Numbered from the stretch's first letter, positions 37,977 through 48,102 are shown. The stretch: DNA of 64,000 bases from a virus (IMGVR_UViG_3300017991_000103:5479-69478); one strand, 5' to 3'. Notes: generated by a model from the sequence alone, not told the origin. Program-made: numbers and translations.

Positions 37977-38163
37977 TGTATAATACCATTAGATAAAATA
38001 CACCTGCAATAAGAATCCAGTAGAAACCACATACTATAAATTCAATTTTTGCATCTTTGTACCGACCTCTTATTAAGTTGAAGTATGCACTTATTTCCAA
38101 GTGTATAGACATAAGTGCAAGTAGAAACATATAGCCCAAAATCATGAACTGTTCTGATTCCAT
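37969..38163 (-). CDS. Small two-TM membrane protein
   Basis: Two hydrophobic segments. Confidence 0.5.
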   Translation of the reverse strand: MESEQFMILGYMFLLALMSIHLEISAYFNLIRGRYKDAKIEFIVCGFYWILIAGVFYLMVLYND

Positions 38164-38185
38164 AATTACTGCCCCCACTTAATTA

Positions 38186-38728
38186 CTACTGTTTATTATA
38201 TGTTAGAGCTGCTTCAACTTGACCTGCTATATAGTGAAGTATTTGTATATGCTCTTCTTGTATTTCATCTGTAAAGCAAGAAGAGGTAGTTATTAGAATA
38301 GAACAAGGAGCGAGAAATGGAGTGTTTTTATCTAAAGGCATGTTACCAACTAGCCCAACAGTCATAATACTTAAACCTCTCGCTTTATGCAGACCACGTA
38401 TTACATTTTCCGATGTACCTGAGGTGGAAATTCCTATTGCCATATCATTAGGTTTACCATGTGCTTCAACCTGCCTTGAAAATACCTCTTCGTATCCATA
38501 ATCATTTGCTATCGCAGTCATAACTGCTGTATTGCAGTTGAGAGAAAGTGCATTTATTGGTTTCCTAGCCCTCATCATATATGCACCAACAAGTTCTGCA
38601 ACAAAGTGGTCTGCTTGGCTTGCAGAACCACCGTTGCCGAATACCAATAACTTATTGCCATATTTTAGACACTCTACTATGTTGTGTATTGTATCTTCAA
38701 CCGCTTGATTATCTTTAAAGTCGGCCAT
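38186..38728 (-). CDS. gmhA: Phosphoheptose (sedoheptulose-7-phosphate) isomerase
   Basis: GNGGSA..A.HF.AELVG, TAIANDYGYEEVFSRQVEA, ISTSG.S.NV, IQE.H. Confidence 0.9.
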   Translation of the reverse strand: MADFKDNQAVEDTIHNIVECLKYGNKLLVFGNGGSASQADHFVAELVGAYMMRARKPINALSLNCNTAVMTAIANDYGYEEVFSRQVEAHGKPNDMAIGISTSGTSENVIRGLHKARGLSIMTVGLVGNMPLDKNTPFLAPCSILITTSSCFTDEIQEEHIQILHYIAGQVEAALTYNKQ

Positions 38729-38733
38729 TATTA

Positions 38734-39780
38734 TCACAACCTCCTCTTTGGCTTTCTATTTGTGCTAAATTCAGATTCAATCTCTTCCCAAAGCCTTATT
38801 GTTTGATTGCGTAATTTGCGTTCTAACCCCTCGTTCTCCACTATTGCAATGGATTTCTCCATTGATTTATTTAACTTTGTCTTACCTGCGGTATATACCG
38901 TTTCACCTAAGCAAGTTTTGACAAACTGAAGATTTTGACGAATATCATCTATACCATAATCAAAAATTATAGTTACTGGTGCTGACCTAAATGGCTTCCA
39001 TACGGAACTTTTATGCACAAAAACTTCGACCTCAACCCCAACTATTCTTGACTGGGGCTTACCCAGTACCCTTTTCTTCTCTTTAAGCTTCTTTGCTCCC
39101 CTACAGTGAAGTCGCAAACTTGCATAATGAGGTATTGCTTTACCACCTGGAGTACTATGTTTTGGCTCGAACGGACCTGCTCCAAAATTATCTCTTATCT
39201 GGTTGGTGCATACCAGAAGGTAATTATTCTTTTTAAGAATACTGTTGGTTTTTCGCAACTCAGTACTGAATTCTTTTGCTCTTCTCCCACCGTATTCATC
39301 CTTATCAGCCATTTCCATCTCTGTGGTTAAAGCAGCTAATGAATCTGCACATATAATATGTGGTGCATCTTCGGGTGATGGTTCCCATTCTCTTATGGGC
39401 TTGAATATGTCAGGGACATAGTATGGTATTATATAATTATCTTCGTCAACATGCATTCCAAACATTTGAGCAAACTGCCTATCAAGTCGAGCTTCAGGGT
39501 CAAAGAACATAAGTTCTCCACCTTTTCTTTGCACGTCACCTGCTATTTCACATGCAAGAACTGTTTTACCCGAGCTTGGAACACCAAATATTTCTACAAA
39601 TATACCTAAGGGGATGCCACCACCTTTGGCCCTACCCCCCGATATGGCGAGGTCAAGTAACGTTGAACCGGTGCTTATCATTGTAGTAGCGTCCCCTGAA
39701 TATAAGGTCTTCTTCTTCTTAGTTTTTTTCTTCGCTCGTTTTTTTAATTGTGTACTGAGTGGTGTATTTGTTCTTTTCAT
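38734..39780 (-). CDS. recA: RecA-like recombinase
   Basis: ISTGSTLLDLA, G.PSSGKT, DSLAAL, NQIR, PGGKA..HYAS.R. Confidence 0.9.
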   Translation of the reverse strand: MKRTNTPLSTQLKKRAKKKTKKKKTLYSGDATTMISTGSTLLDLAISGGRAKGGGIPLGIFVEIFGVPSSGKTVLACEIAGDVQRKGGELMFFDPEARLDRQFAQMFGMHVDEDNYIIPYYVPDIFKPIREWEPSPEDAPHIICADSLAALTTEMEMADKDEYGGRRAKEFSTELRKTNSILKKNNYLLVCTNQIRDNFGAGPFEPKHSTPGGKAIPHYASLRLHCRGAKKLKEKKRVLGKPQSRIVGVEVEVFVHKSSVWKPFRSAPVTIIFDYGIDDIRQNLQFVKTCLGETVYTAGKTKLNKSMEKSIAIVENEGLERKLRNQTIRLWEEIESEFSTNRKPKRRL

Positions 39781-40238
39781 AACCGCACCTTTTTCTCAAA
39801 GTCTGATACTATCATTTCTATATAATTTTCAGATAGTTTCCTCTTTTGTAGGTGTTTCCTCATTTCTTGTTTAAATTGGTCTAAACGGTCTATCAAATTC
39901 TTATCAGTTCTCCACCCTTGTCTTCCTTCATTGAGTGCATACATTGAATTCCAGTTTGCAACCGCTTTTTTAACAATGGTATCAATCATTTCTCCATGGT
40001 TGTTCATTGCTTTCTTTAGACGATTGGCAAGTGCTTGATGTATTATTAGTATGTTTGTTACATCGTGGCATAAGGTGAACAAAACTAAGGTATCAAAAAG
40101 CTGTCGGGGTATCAAGCCCCCGACAGCCTTTTTATCCTTACTGGTTCCCTCTTTAGGTGCTCTAGATGGGAAAGTGGTTGACTCTACACCCCGTTTGAAT
40201 GGAGTCGGTTTCTTTCTTGTCTTCTTGGTCCGTTTCAT
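39777..40238 (-). CDS. Hypothetical basic protein
   Basis: Coupled ORF between SSB and RecA. Confidence 0.55.
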   Translation of the reverse strand: MKRTKKTRKKPTPFKRGVESTTFPSRAPKEGTSKDKKAVGGLIPRQLFDTLVLFTLCHDVTNILIIHQALANRLKKAMNNHGEMIDTIVKKAVANWNSMYALNEGRQGWRTDKNLIDRLDQFKQEMRKHLQKRKLSENYIEMIVSDFEKKVRL

Positions 40239-40240
40239 TA

Positions 40241-41488
40241 TTAACTGGCCTCATAACATGCTTGCCACTTATTACAATCTTCACATTCTTCATATTCGTC
40301 ATTGTCTTTCCCAAACTTATACCCATGAGGGCATTTGTTCTTCTTTTTCTTCTTACTCTTTTTGCTCTTCTTACCTTTTTTCTTCTTACTCTTTTTTACC
40401 TTTTTCTTCTTACGAGGCCTTTCTTCCTCTTCTTCCTCGTCTTCATCATCATCGTCTTCTATCGGACCTTCCTTAGGTTCTGGCTTCACTCCAGTTCCTT
40501 TACATATCCGACAGGTATTTCCTTTTGAGTTTTTACCTGACCCTTCACATGCTATACATGAATCTTCCTCTTCTTCGTCCTCGTCATCATCTTCATCATC
40601 TTCATCATCTTCATCATCTAACTCTTCTTCTACTTCGTCCTCATCTTCGTCCTCTTCATCGACCTCCTCATCATCATCGACCTCCTCGTCTTCCTCTTCG
40701 TCAGCAGGTTCTTCACTTTCATCTTCATCTTCGTCATACTCAAGGAACTTTTTCTCAAGCTCATCATAGTCCATGATATTAAGAACTGTATCCAGGTCTG
40801 GTAATCCGTCTATAATATCTTGGTCTATTGGGTCTCGTTCCTCAAAGTCTATACGCGTTGCTTCTGCATAGGGGTCACCACTACCGACTGATGACTTCTT
40901 CCATCGAACAGTGACAGTATAGCCCTCTTCGGTATCTGGAAATACCCCAAACTCTTCTCGTTCATCAACTTCATCGTCAAGAAGAATCTGGTAGTTCCAG
41001 TACGAATGGTCAAACAGGTGAGGAACCTCATCCTTTCCTTTTATTCCGCGTGGAATCACATAATACAGTGTACGAAACTTTGGTTTAATTGCATCAAGGC
41101 TTTCCCTGGTCGCACCAGAAGCCAACTGCTTTGCTCTATATTCACATATAGGGCATTTCTTTCCGATGGTTGTTGGACATAACTCGGTGTCATTCTCTGA
41201 GCCTACACCCCTATGAGTTTTGATAGGTCTCTTATACCAATATGAACCTTTCTTTGCACGACCTGCTTTATTTCGGTCTGGATGATTCTTTGTTGTGACC
41301 TTATACATTATGTGGTCAAAAGATTCGGTTTCACCCGGCTCAGGTTGATATAGTGGTATACCACGAGGGATATTTAAATATCCGTATGAGCCACCTCTAC
41401 TTTTCTGCTCTCGTGAGTTACTTGTTACTTGCTCCCTAAGTTGTGGATTACCCCGTTTCGACTTCTTCTTCTTTCTCTTCTTTGCCAT
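40241..41488 (-). CDS. gp32-like single-stranded DNA-binding protein with acidic tract, CxxCxGxG zinc finger and Lys-rich tail
   Basis: H.GVG...LCP...G.KCPICE core; between UvsY-like and RecA genes. Confidence 0.65.
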   Translation of the reverse strand: MAKKRKKKKSKRGNPQLREQVTSNSREQKSRGGSYGYLNIPRGIPLYQPEPGETESFDHIMYKVTTKNHPDRNKAGRAKKGSYWYKRPIKTHRGVGSENDTELCPTTIGKKCPICEYRAKQLASGATRESLDAIKPKFRTLYYVIPRGIKGKDEVPHLFDHSYWNYQILLDDEVDEREEFGVFPDTEEGYTVTVRWKKSSVGSGDPYAEATRIDFEERDPIDQDIIDGLPDLDTVLNIMDYDELEKKFLEYDEDEDESEEPADEEEDEEVDDDEEVDEEDEDEDEVEEELDDEDDEDDEDDDEDEEEEDSCIACEGSGKNSKGNTCRICKGTGVKPEPKEGPIEDDDDEDEEEEEERPRKKKKVKKSKKKKGKKSKKSKKKKKNKCPHGYKFGKDNDEYEECEDCNKWQACYEAS

Positions 41489-41666
41489 TACTTACCTCCT
41501 CTGCGAGTTCTTGAATGAGTTCTTTACTCATTCGCCTAAAAGCACTAAGCCACCCGAGCATTTGCGCTCTACTTATTGCAAATGACACGGCACCAGCGGC
41601 TATAACGCACAATACTATAGTTGATAGTATTAAAAACAACATAGAAACAACCCACAATTTATCCAT
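41448..41666 (-). CDS. Small membrane protein
   Basis: Long hydrophobic N-terminus. Confidence 0.5.
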   Translation of the reverse strand: MDKLWVVSMLFLILSTIVLCVIAAGAVSFAISRAQMLGWLSAFRRMSKELIQELAEEVSNGKEEKEEEVETG

Positions 41667-42195
41667 TTGACTTCTTTCTTTTCTTCTTTTTCTTTTTGTT
41701 TAATTGTTTTTCTACTACTGAATCGGCTGCTAAGGACTTCTTTTTTTGTATGAACTCTCTGGTTAAATTACGCGGAACTTCAGGACCAGCAAAATAATTC
41801 TGGCCGTGTAACTCTATTAGTCCTTCAATAGTTTGCTTTCGTGTAACAGCAATTTCCCACTTTGCTACTTCGGCATAATCCAGTTCGGTCTGAGCTTTGA
41901 GGAGTTTTTTAACCACCTTTCTATATTTAGGGTGGGCTCTGTAATATGCTTCAAGGTCCGCAGAGTTGGGTGACTTCTTGCCAATGCAGGTCTCAGGGTC
42001 TTCATTGGCTTTGAGTATAAGCTCAGACCGAACCGTTTTCTTCCTTTCTTCAAGTCTTCTTACTCTATCTTTCAACTGGACCACATGCTTACCATATCTT
42101 TCTGCAAGCATAGCTTGCATAAGGAATTCAACATCTAGTTGGTCCGGGTCTACTTCTACATCTCTTTCGTAATCTAAATTGTACTTTTCGTTCAT
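41659..42195 (-). CDS. UvsY-like recombination mediator
   Basis: D...LD.E...Q, helical, RK..IE.LI.L....YF; beside SSB and RecA. Confidence 0.6.
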   Translation of the reverse strand: MNEKYNLDYERDVEVDPDQLDVEFLMQAMLAERYGKHVVQLKDRVRRLEERKKTVRSELILKANEDPETCIGKKSPNSADLEAYYRAHPKYRKVVKKLLKAQTELDYAEVAKWEIAVTRKQTIEGLIELHGQNYFAGPEVPRNLTREFIQKKKSLAADSVVEKQLNKKKKKKRKKSNG

Positions 42196-42223
42196 TACTA
42201 CCCCCTTGCGTTTATCATTTTTC

Positions 42224-42257
42224 TATATTATAGAAAATCATTTCTGTTTGCATTAAG
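42224..42257 (-). promoter_or_regulatory. Phage promoter motif CTTAATGCAAAC-N13-TATAATATA
   Basis: Intergenic; same motif and spacing at 54413 and 55134. Confidence 0.7.
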
Positions 42258-42265
42258 TAGTTACT

Positions 42266-43177
42266 TTATTTATGCACGGAACGATAACATGCGAGTACCA
42301 ACCCTGGCCACCCTGAATCGTAAAAGGGGTCAATAAACTCTTCTAGTATTATACCTGCTTGCATGTTATCACTGTTTAGTAAAACTGAAGAGCAATAGGC
42401 CATAACATGCCTGCGTATACCTTCAGGCTCCTGGTCTTTTAGTCCGGATAATATTTTGCGTATTGAACCCCACCCTTTATTTTTGAGTAATGCTCTACAT
42501 AATTCTATTGATTGTGATTGTGCCTCTGCAGCCTTCTGTGCGGTTTTAAGCCTTCTCTTTTTTGGCACAGCAAGTACCTTCTCTAATATTTGCAACGCAT
42601 TTCTAGGATAGCATAGACTATCTTGGACTATCTGTTCATATATTTCTCTTGATAATTCCTCTTTTTCTTTTTTCACGATGCGTCTGAGTAGTTTAAACAT
42701 CTGTTCTTCTGATAGTGGTGAGAATTGGAATTGCGCACATCGACCTTTAAGAGTGGAAAGCAATTTTTGAGGCTCAGTGGTACAGAGAATCATATATACA
42801 TGTGGAGGGGTATCTTCGAGTAATTTTAATAGAGCATTTTGTGCATCATTGGTAAGTTTGTGACATTCATCAAGAACCCAAACTCTGGTTGGTCCTTGTA
42901 ATGCTTTGAGTTGTGCGCGTTTTCTTATATCTCGTATAGTGTCAATGCCTCTAAAGTCTGCTGAATCTACTTCTCTATAGTCAAGACCATCACATTCTAA
43001 TTCTTTTGCTATTATTCTGGCAGTTGTGGTCTTACCACATCCGGTAGGTCCTGTTAAAAGAAATGCGTGTGGTCTACTATCTGAATCTTCTAAGAGTTTA
43101 CGTATTGCCACTACCGAATCTTTATTACCCAATATTTTGTCAAAAGATTTTGGTCTGTACTTTAGATGCAGAGGCAT
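42266..43177 (-). CDS. dnaX: Clamp loader AAA+ (DNA pol III gamma/tau-like)
   Basis: KYRP..F, GPTGCGKTT, LDECH.L...AQNALLK.LE, CTTEP. Confidence 0.85.
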   Translation of the reverse strand: MPLHLKYRPKSFDKILGNKDSVVAIRKLLEDSDSRPHAFLLTGPTGCGKTTTARIIAKELECDGLDYREVDSADFRGIDTIRDIRKRAQLKALQGPTRVWVLDECHKLTNDAQNALLKLLEDTPPHVYMILCTTEPQKLLSTLKGRCAQFQFSPLSEEQMFKLLRRIVKKEKEELSREIYEQIVQDSLCYPRNALQILEKVLAVPKKRRLKTAQKAAEAQSQSIELCRALLKNKGWGSIRKILSGLKDQEPEGIRRHVMAYCSSVLLNSDNMQAGIILEEFIDPFYDSGWPGLVLACYRSVHK

Positions 43178-43189
43178 TGACTACTCCTT

Positions 43190-43690
43190 TCATTTGTAGA
43201 CAACAATAATATCTTTACACACTTCATTTTCTAGTATAGGTTTAACCTCAGTACTCCAATCAAGCCGTCCATTTCCGCAACCAGGTCTGGGTATATATAC
43301 TTTTAATGAACTTGGCAGCCTTTTTTCTTTTCTCAGTTTTGCAACCAGTCTTCTCAACCTAAGGTACGAATGCTTTATGAGTTCAGTATTTGAATCATAT
43401 CTCCAGTGGTGTTTGGTTGGAAAAGTAAATATATTATACTCAGGGAAATAATATACAATATTGTGTGGTCTGTTTGCGGTTTTATTTGACTGTATTTTCA
43501 TAGCTAGTTCTGCTGGTAGTCTAGGAAATCGGGTTGCGGCTTCCTTTGCAATACCTCTACCCATGACTACCTTACCTCTTGTGTTAATTATAGGATTAGT
43601 AGTAACCGCTATTGGGTTACCTTCACTATGAAATTCCCAAATGTCACCTTTTACTTCTATTAAGCTACTAGTGCTTCTTTTTCTGACCAT
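43190..43690 (-). CDS. Macrodomain (ADP-ribose-binding/hydrolase) protein
   Basis: GDIW, TTN, MGRGIA, FPTKHHW, PRPGCGNG.L.W. Confidence 0.8.
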   Translation of the reverse strand: MVRKRSTSSLIEVKGDIWEFHSEGNPIAVTTNPIINTRGKVVMGRGIAKEAATRFPRLPAELAMKIQSNKTANRPHNIVYYFPEYNIFTFPTKHHWRYDSNTELIKHSYLRLRRLVAKLRKEKRLPSSLKVYIPRPGCGNGRLDWSTEVKPILENEVCKDIIVVYK

Positions 43691-45066
43691 GGTTTATCAA
43701 CCTCACAACGTTCTATTTTCATCTCTAGTGGAACAATAATCCAACGCCATGCTTTTGGTAAATCTCCGCAACTTATTTCTCTGACTACCCTTACTACATG
43801 GTCGAGCTCTGATGGGTGAATATCCATCAGTATAGAGTCGTGTATCTGACCAATTAACCGGCTTTTCCACTTTTCTCGTCTCATCACCTCATCAATCCTA
43901 TTGAATGACCACATAAGACAATGAAATGCGCTACCTTGAATAGGGGTATTCCCACACTGTCTTTTATCCATTAAGTCGGACACTGTGAATCCTGATAATA
44001 ATTCTATATATCCTTTTTTAATATACTCTTCCCACCACTCGTCTTTCCATTGATTATACACCCTGAATCTTGAATTCCAGAATCTCTTTTCTATACGTTT
44101 TATATGAGTTACAAATTGCTTGTATGAACCTATTCCATTTTGTATCAACCAATCAGATAAGTGAGCATCTTCTCCAACAGATGGCATTACTATTCCTTGT
44201 CCTGATTTCCATTTAGATTGTGGTAATTTACCCCACTTGCAAGCAAGGTTGAACGCACACCCTTCATAATAATCACCATAGAATTGTGGGAACACAAAAC
44301 CGTTCTTTGTAGCATCTCTAAGTCTGTCATGTTCATGGATTGATTCATCGAAGTTATTGAGTAGGTATATCTCCTGAGCCATGTCTCGGTGCATATCAGT
44401 TGTAGGGTCTTCTACGTATTGTCTCATTTTTGGGTCTTTGTGGTAACATATTGATACCCTTACTTCTATACCTGAGTAGTCAAACTCAACCAACAAGTAA
44501 CCTTCTCTTGGTAAGAGACCACCTCTCACTATTTGCATAGCAAAGTCATCTCTTTTTGGAATGTTCTGGAGATTAGGATGGTCAGAAGATGACCTGAAAG
44601 TTCTAACTAAATGAAGGTTGAATACAGGATGAATGATGTTATTAACTTGTTCTCTTGCAAGTTGCTTTATATACGTGTCTCTAATCTTTTTCAACTTCCT
44701 AGCAGTTAATAACCACTGAAGTTCTTTTATGCCTAAGTAGGTAAGAGAATCATCATCGGTTGCTCCTTGACCACCCATTTTAGTTCTCTTAGGTGGTTTC
44801 AACTTCTTTTTCTTATATAAATAATACGAGAGTTGTTGACTTGAGTATATGTTAAATTTAACTTTCTTTATTGAAGACTTCCAATTTTTAACAAATTCAC
44901 TTTTATGTAATCTTTTCTCGAGTTTCTTTATTCTTTTAGTAAGCCGTTCTTCTTGCTCCTTGAAATATTCAGTATCTATTCTAACTCCTTGCATTTCTGC
45001 TCTTGCAAGAGCTTGAGCACCGTCATGGAATAATTGGTATGCCTCTAATGTATTTGCTTTCACCAT
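43660..45066 (-). CDS. polA: Family A DNA polymerase, polymerase domain
   Basis: T.R.SS..PNLQNIP, motif A DYSGIEVR, motif B R...K..F..P.FYG, motif C QIHDS. Confidence 0.9.
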   Translation of the reverse strand: MVKANTLEAYQLFHDGAQALARAEMQGVRIDTEYFKEQEERLTKRIKKLEKRLHKSEFVKNWKSSIKKVKFNIYSSQQLSYYLYKKKKLKPPKRTKMGGQGATDDDSLTYLGIKELQWLLTARKLKKIRDTYIKQLAREQVNNIIHPVFNLHLVRTFRSSSDHPNLQNIPKRDDFAMQIVRGGLLPREGYLLVEFDYSGIEVRVSICYHKDPKMRQYVEDPTTDMHRDMAQEIYLLNNFDESIHEHDRLRDATKNGFVFPQFYGDYYEGCAFNLACKWGKLPQSKWKSGQGIVMPSVGEDAHLSDWLIQNGIGSYKQFVTHIKRIEKRFWNSRFRVYNQWKDEWWEEYIKKGYIELLSGFTVSDLMDKRQCGNTPIQGSAFHCLMWSFNRIDEVMRREKWKSRLIGQIHDSILMDIHPSELDHVVRVVREISCGDLPKAWRWIIVPLEMKIERCEVDKPWSEKEALVA

Positions 45067-45848
45067 TATAGTATCCTTTTAAGTTTAAACATCCCATCTA
45101 TGTATGGGTCACCTTTTATATCACTTGTATGCAACCACCATCTGAAGAGCTCTTCACCCGAATCCCATTTATTAAGTAGTTTGCCTTTTTTCTTTCGGTG
45201 TTCATAAAGTTTAATAAACGCTTTAATAAAGGCTTTCTCAAACTTTGGGTAAGTTTGAGCGTGTAAAATTCTTTCCCTTCGTGTCGCATTTGGACAAAAT
45301 AAACATCCTATACGGTGCCACTCACCATTATATAGGGAACAATAAGGTATATTTTCTTTTATTATGTACCTCCACACATCTTCAGATGACCAATCAAGTA
45401 TTGGATTTATTATGGTGCATTTATCGTTCGTTCTGCTTTTTTCATATACCTTTCTACTTTTTCTATTCACTGATTCCTCATGTCGCAAACCCATCAGTAG
45501 TGAACCGTCAGGTTTAAACGATTCTTTGAATTCTGCGCAACACCATCTCTGATGTCTAAGAGGTGGAAACCCATGATAAAACAATCTTTTAAGAAAGGGT
45601 ACCTTTGGTCTCATCCAAGTAATATCACTATGATATTTACGCATAAAGTATATAACTTCTGGTGGGTCTATTGTTGTAACATTATAGAATGGAATGTATT
45701 TAACCTTTGCTCTATCTGCAAGGTGGCGCATGACAATACTATCTTTTCCACCTGAGAATGCAAGCCAATAACCTTCATCAGGTTCAAACTCTTTTAGTAT
45801 CTCTATTGACCTTTTTATAAAGTGCCTCATTCTATCCAACTTTCGCAA
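45066..45848 (-). CDS. PAPS reductase-family (PP-loop, Fe-S) protein
   Basis: AFSGGKDS, RWCC, GLR.EES..R, NPILDWS, RIGCLFCP. Confidence 0.85.
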   Translation of the reverse strand: MRKLDRMRHFIKRSIEILKEFEPDEGYWLAFSGGKDSIVMRHLADRAKVKYIPFYNVTTIDPPEVIYFMRKYHSDITWMRPKVPFLKRLFYHGFPPLRHQRWCCAEFKESFKPDGSLLMGLRHEESVNRKSRKVYEKSRTNDKCTIINPILDWSSEDVWRYIIKENIPYCSLYNGEWHRIGCLFCPNATRRERILHAQTYPKFEKAFIKAFIKLYEHRKKKGKLLNKWDSGEELFRWWLHTSDIKGDPYIDGMFKLKRIL

Positions 45849-47092
45849 CCTATTTCTTCCATTTGTTGTAGTGCTAACTTATATTCAAATAAACTATCAA
45901 GACCACAATACTTCAGAGCCTCTTCCTTTCGGCCCATTTCATACACATACTTCTCGAGTTTATTAAACGCATTTGCATTGGCAGACCCTGATGTTAAATA
46001 CCGTTCTATCTCACTAGCGTAATCAACCACTCCGAAATGCACATATGCTTGGAACTTCAAACTGGTTATACCGCTCCTATTGTCGATAATATGTGCGGCT
46101 TGCATAGTGTCCCATACCCAGTTTTGAACTTCAGTCTTAAGTTTCACCTTACTCCATATGTGCTCGAACTTTAAATTCGCTGCTCCCTTACCTATATTCT
46201 CATTTGTCAACAACCTTAGGAATGGTTTTCTAGCTCTAGGTGTATTAGGCATTTCAAATGCGAAGGCCTTGTCTGGTGCAACTCCGACAGATGCTAGTAG
46301 TATCTTATGACCTTTAGCATGTGGTTTCAATCCGGTACATTCATAATCAAAGGTTATAAATTTTACTTTGTTTTCAAAGGAAGATAGTATAGATAAGTCC
46401 TCTATTATTTCCACCTGGTCCCGTTCATTTGGAAATGATGGAAAGGGTGCTTTTATAAACTTCAAAGCATTTCGTAAGTCTTTGAGCCATATAGTTTCTA
46501 CAATACCTTCATTATCTCTTTCAACAAAACTTGGATGATATGTAGGGCATACCCAAGCATGAAAGTCCCTATCTGGTATATTCCACCCTCTCCATACTGA
46601 TATTTTGTCTGCTTTGCCTTTTGCACCTGCAGTTAAGCCTCTCGTCCATCTGTGACCTAAAAAGGACTGAACTGCTGAGCCACCTAGGAGAAGTATTAAT
46701 CTAGGTTTGTTTTGGTCAATGACTTTTAGTACCCTCTTTCTGCAACAAGCTATTTCCATATCTGTAGGCTTTCTATTTCTTCCCTTTTCGTCTATTGGCC
46801 TACAGTTTATTGAGTTAATATTTAGACAATCTTTAAATAAGTCAATTCCCATAGAACTTAAGGTGCGTTTCAACCTTCTTCCTACTTTACCTTGCCACTG
46901 CTTTCCATTACGGTCTTCTGTCTCACCAGGAGCCTCACCTATAATAAGTATTTTCTTTTTGAATTTACCAAACGGCTCCATACGCGGGCTTAAGACATTC
47001 TTATATAAACCGCATGAGACACAAGTATGCTTCGTGCTTGTGCCTAATCTATTCTTAACCTGGTCTCGGTCAAAGAAACTTTTCATAGCCAT
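45827..47092 (-). CDS. Family-4 uracil-DNA glycosylase fused to the PolA 3'-5' exonuclease domain
   Basis: C..C.L, IGEAPG..ED, CRP...NR.P, TYHPS (UDG); FDYECTG, N.KFE, DTM, YCGLD (Exo I-III). Confidence 0.85.
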   Translation of the reverse strand: MAMKSFFDRDQVKNRLGTSTKHTCVSCGLYKNVLSPRMEPFGKFKKKILIIGEAPGETEDRNGKQWQGKVGRRLKRTLSSMGIDLFKDCLNINSINCRPIDEKGRNRKPTDMEIACCRKRVLKVIDQNKPRLILLLGGSAVQSFLGHRWTRGLTAGAKGKADKISVWRGWNIPDRDFHAWVCPTYHPSFVERDNEGIVETIWLKDLRNALKFIKAPFPSFPNERDQVEIIEDLSILSSFENKVKFITFDYECTGLKPHAKGHKILLASVGVAPDKAFAFEMPNTPRARKPFLRLLTNENIGKGAANLKFEHIWSKVKLKTEVQNWVWDTMQAAHIIDNRSGITSLKFQAYVHFGVVDYASEIERYLTSGSANANAFNKLEKYVYEMGRKEEALKYCGLDSLFEYKLALQQMEEIGCESWIE

Positions 47093-47097
47093 AGTAT

Positions 47098-48102
47098 TTA
47101 TCCTACTAGAGACATTACATGAATCCAATTATCGCCTGAGAATTTTGCCATCTTCTCACTTAATATACACTCTCTAAGTTGGTCAACAATATCACTCAGG
47201 AAGTTTGGGTTCATTTTGAATGAGTGTTCCTCTCCCTTGTATGATACCTTTGCTTTTTCTCTAAACCAACCTTGGGCGTTTCTTGCAGATATTTGCACTT
47301 TATTTTTCTTAAAACTTAGTGTAACTGCTTCATCTATGTAGTGGTCGGCCTTGGCAAATATGGCTGCGCGTGATAATATCTCTTTAATATTCTCAGGGAA
47401 TAGAATCTCACGCCCTTCTACTTCAAGGTGGGATGAAGTGTCGGGAAAAGTGGCATCTTCATATATCCTGCATGAGAACATGGTGCCTTCCTTTGTTCTA
47501 AAGTGCACCCAACCTGATGATAGGCTTACCTTCTTAATATCATATTTAAGTACCTCTCGTGCTGTGGTACCTGGAAGTAGGAAGGTGGGAATAGGCATCT
47601 TTTCTGGCATTTCATATTGGGTTATTCTATATCCGTCTGACGATTCTATCACACCATCTTGCCTTACATGGATGCAAGTTAGATTTGGACGGCTCATATC
47701 TGCTGAACAAGAGAAGCTGGTGAAATTTATCGCGGTGGTGAACTCTTCTGGAAGTTTGAACCATTTCTTTTTTGACTTTATTTCCTCAAGAGGAAGTCTA
47801 ACATCTTCAGTTAGAGCTAAACCTATCTTTGCTTTTCCTGCTTTGAGTCGAAGTTCATTTTCATTTGCGGTAATCTTAACAGCATCTCCTTTTGCTTTAC
47901 CTAGGAACTTGTATAATTCATCGGCGGGAACAACACCTTTCACATTTAGACCATCAAGTGGGTGGGAAATGCTTATTTCATCATTGTAGGTTACCACCTT
48001 ATCACCTATAAATGCAAAAGAGGTGGTCTGCTCAATCACTTCCTTATCTGCAAGACCTGGCTTCACAATTTCTAACGCTTTTAGAAGTTCAGCCCTTTCC
48101 AT
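47098..48102 (-). CDS. dnaN: Sliding clamp (DNA pol III beta-like)
   Basis: 334 aa; D.SRP.L..I, SDGYR, FP motifs; beside polymerase and clamp loader. Confidence 0.75.
   Translation of the reverse strand: MERAELLKALEIVKPGLADKEVIEQTTSFAFIGDKVVTYNDEISISHPLDGLNVKGVVPADELYKFLGKAKGDAVKITANENELRLKAGKAKIGLALTEDVRLPLEEIKSKKKWFKLPEEFTTAINFTSFSCSADMSRPNLTCIHVRQDGVIESSDGYRITQYEMPEKMPIPTFLLPGTTAREVLKYDIKKVSLSSGWVHFRTKEGTMFSCRIYEDATFPDTSSHLEVEGREILFPENIKEILSRAAIFAKADHYIDEAVTLSFKKNKVQISARNAQGWFREKAKVSYKGEEHSFKMNPNFLSDIVDQLRECILSEKMAKFSGDNWIHVMSLVG

Noticed and set aside
43660-47092. Intron or intein interrupting polA
   Set aside because: The intervening gene is a PAPS-reductase-family protein, not a homing endonuclease; it overlaps both neighbours, leaving no room for intron structure; no intein end motifs
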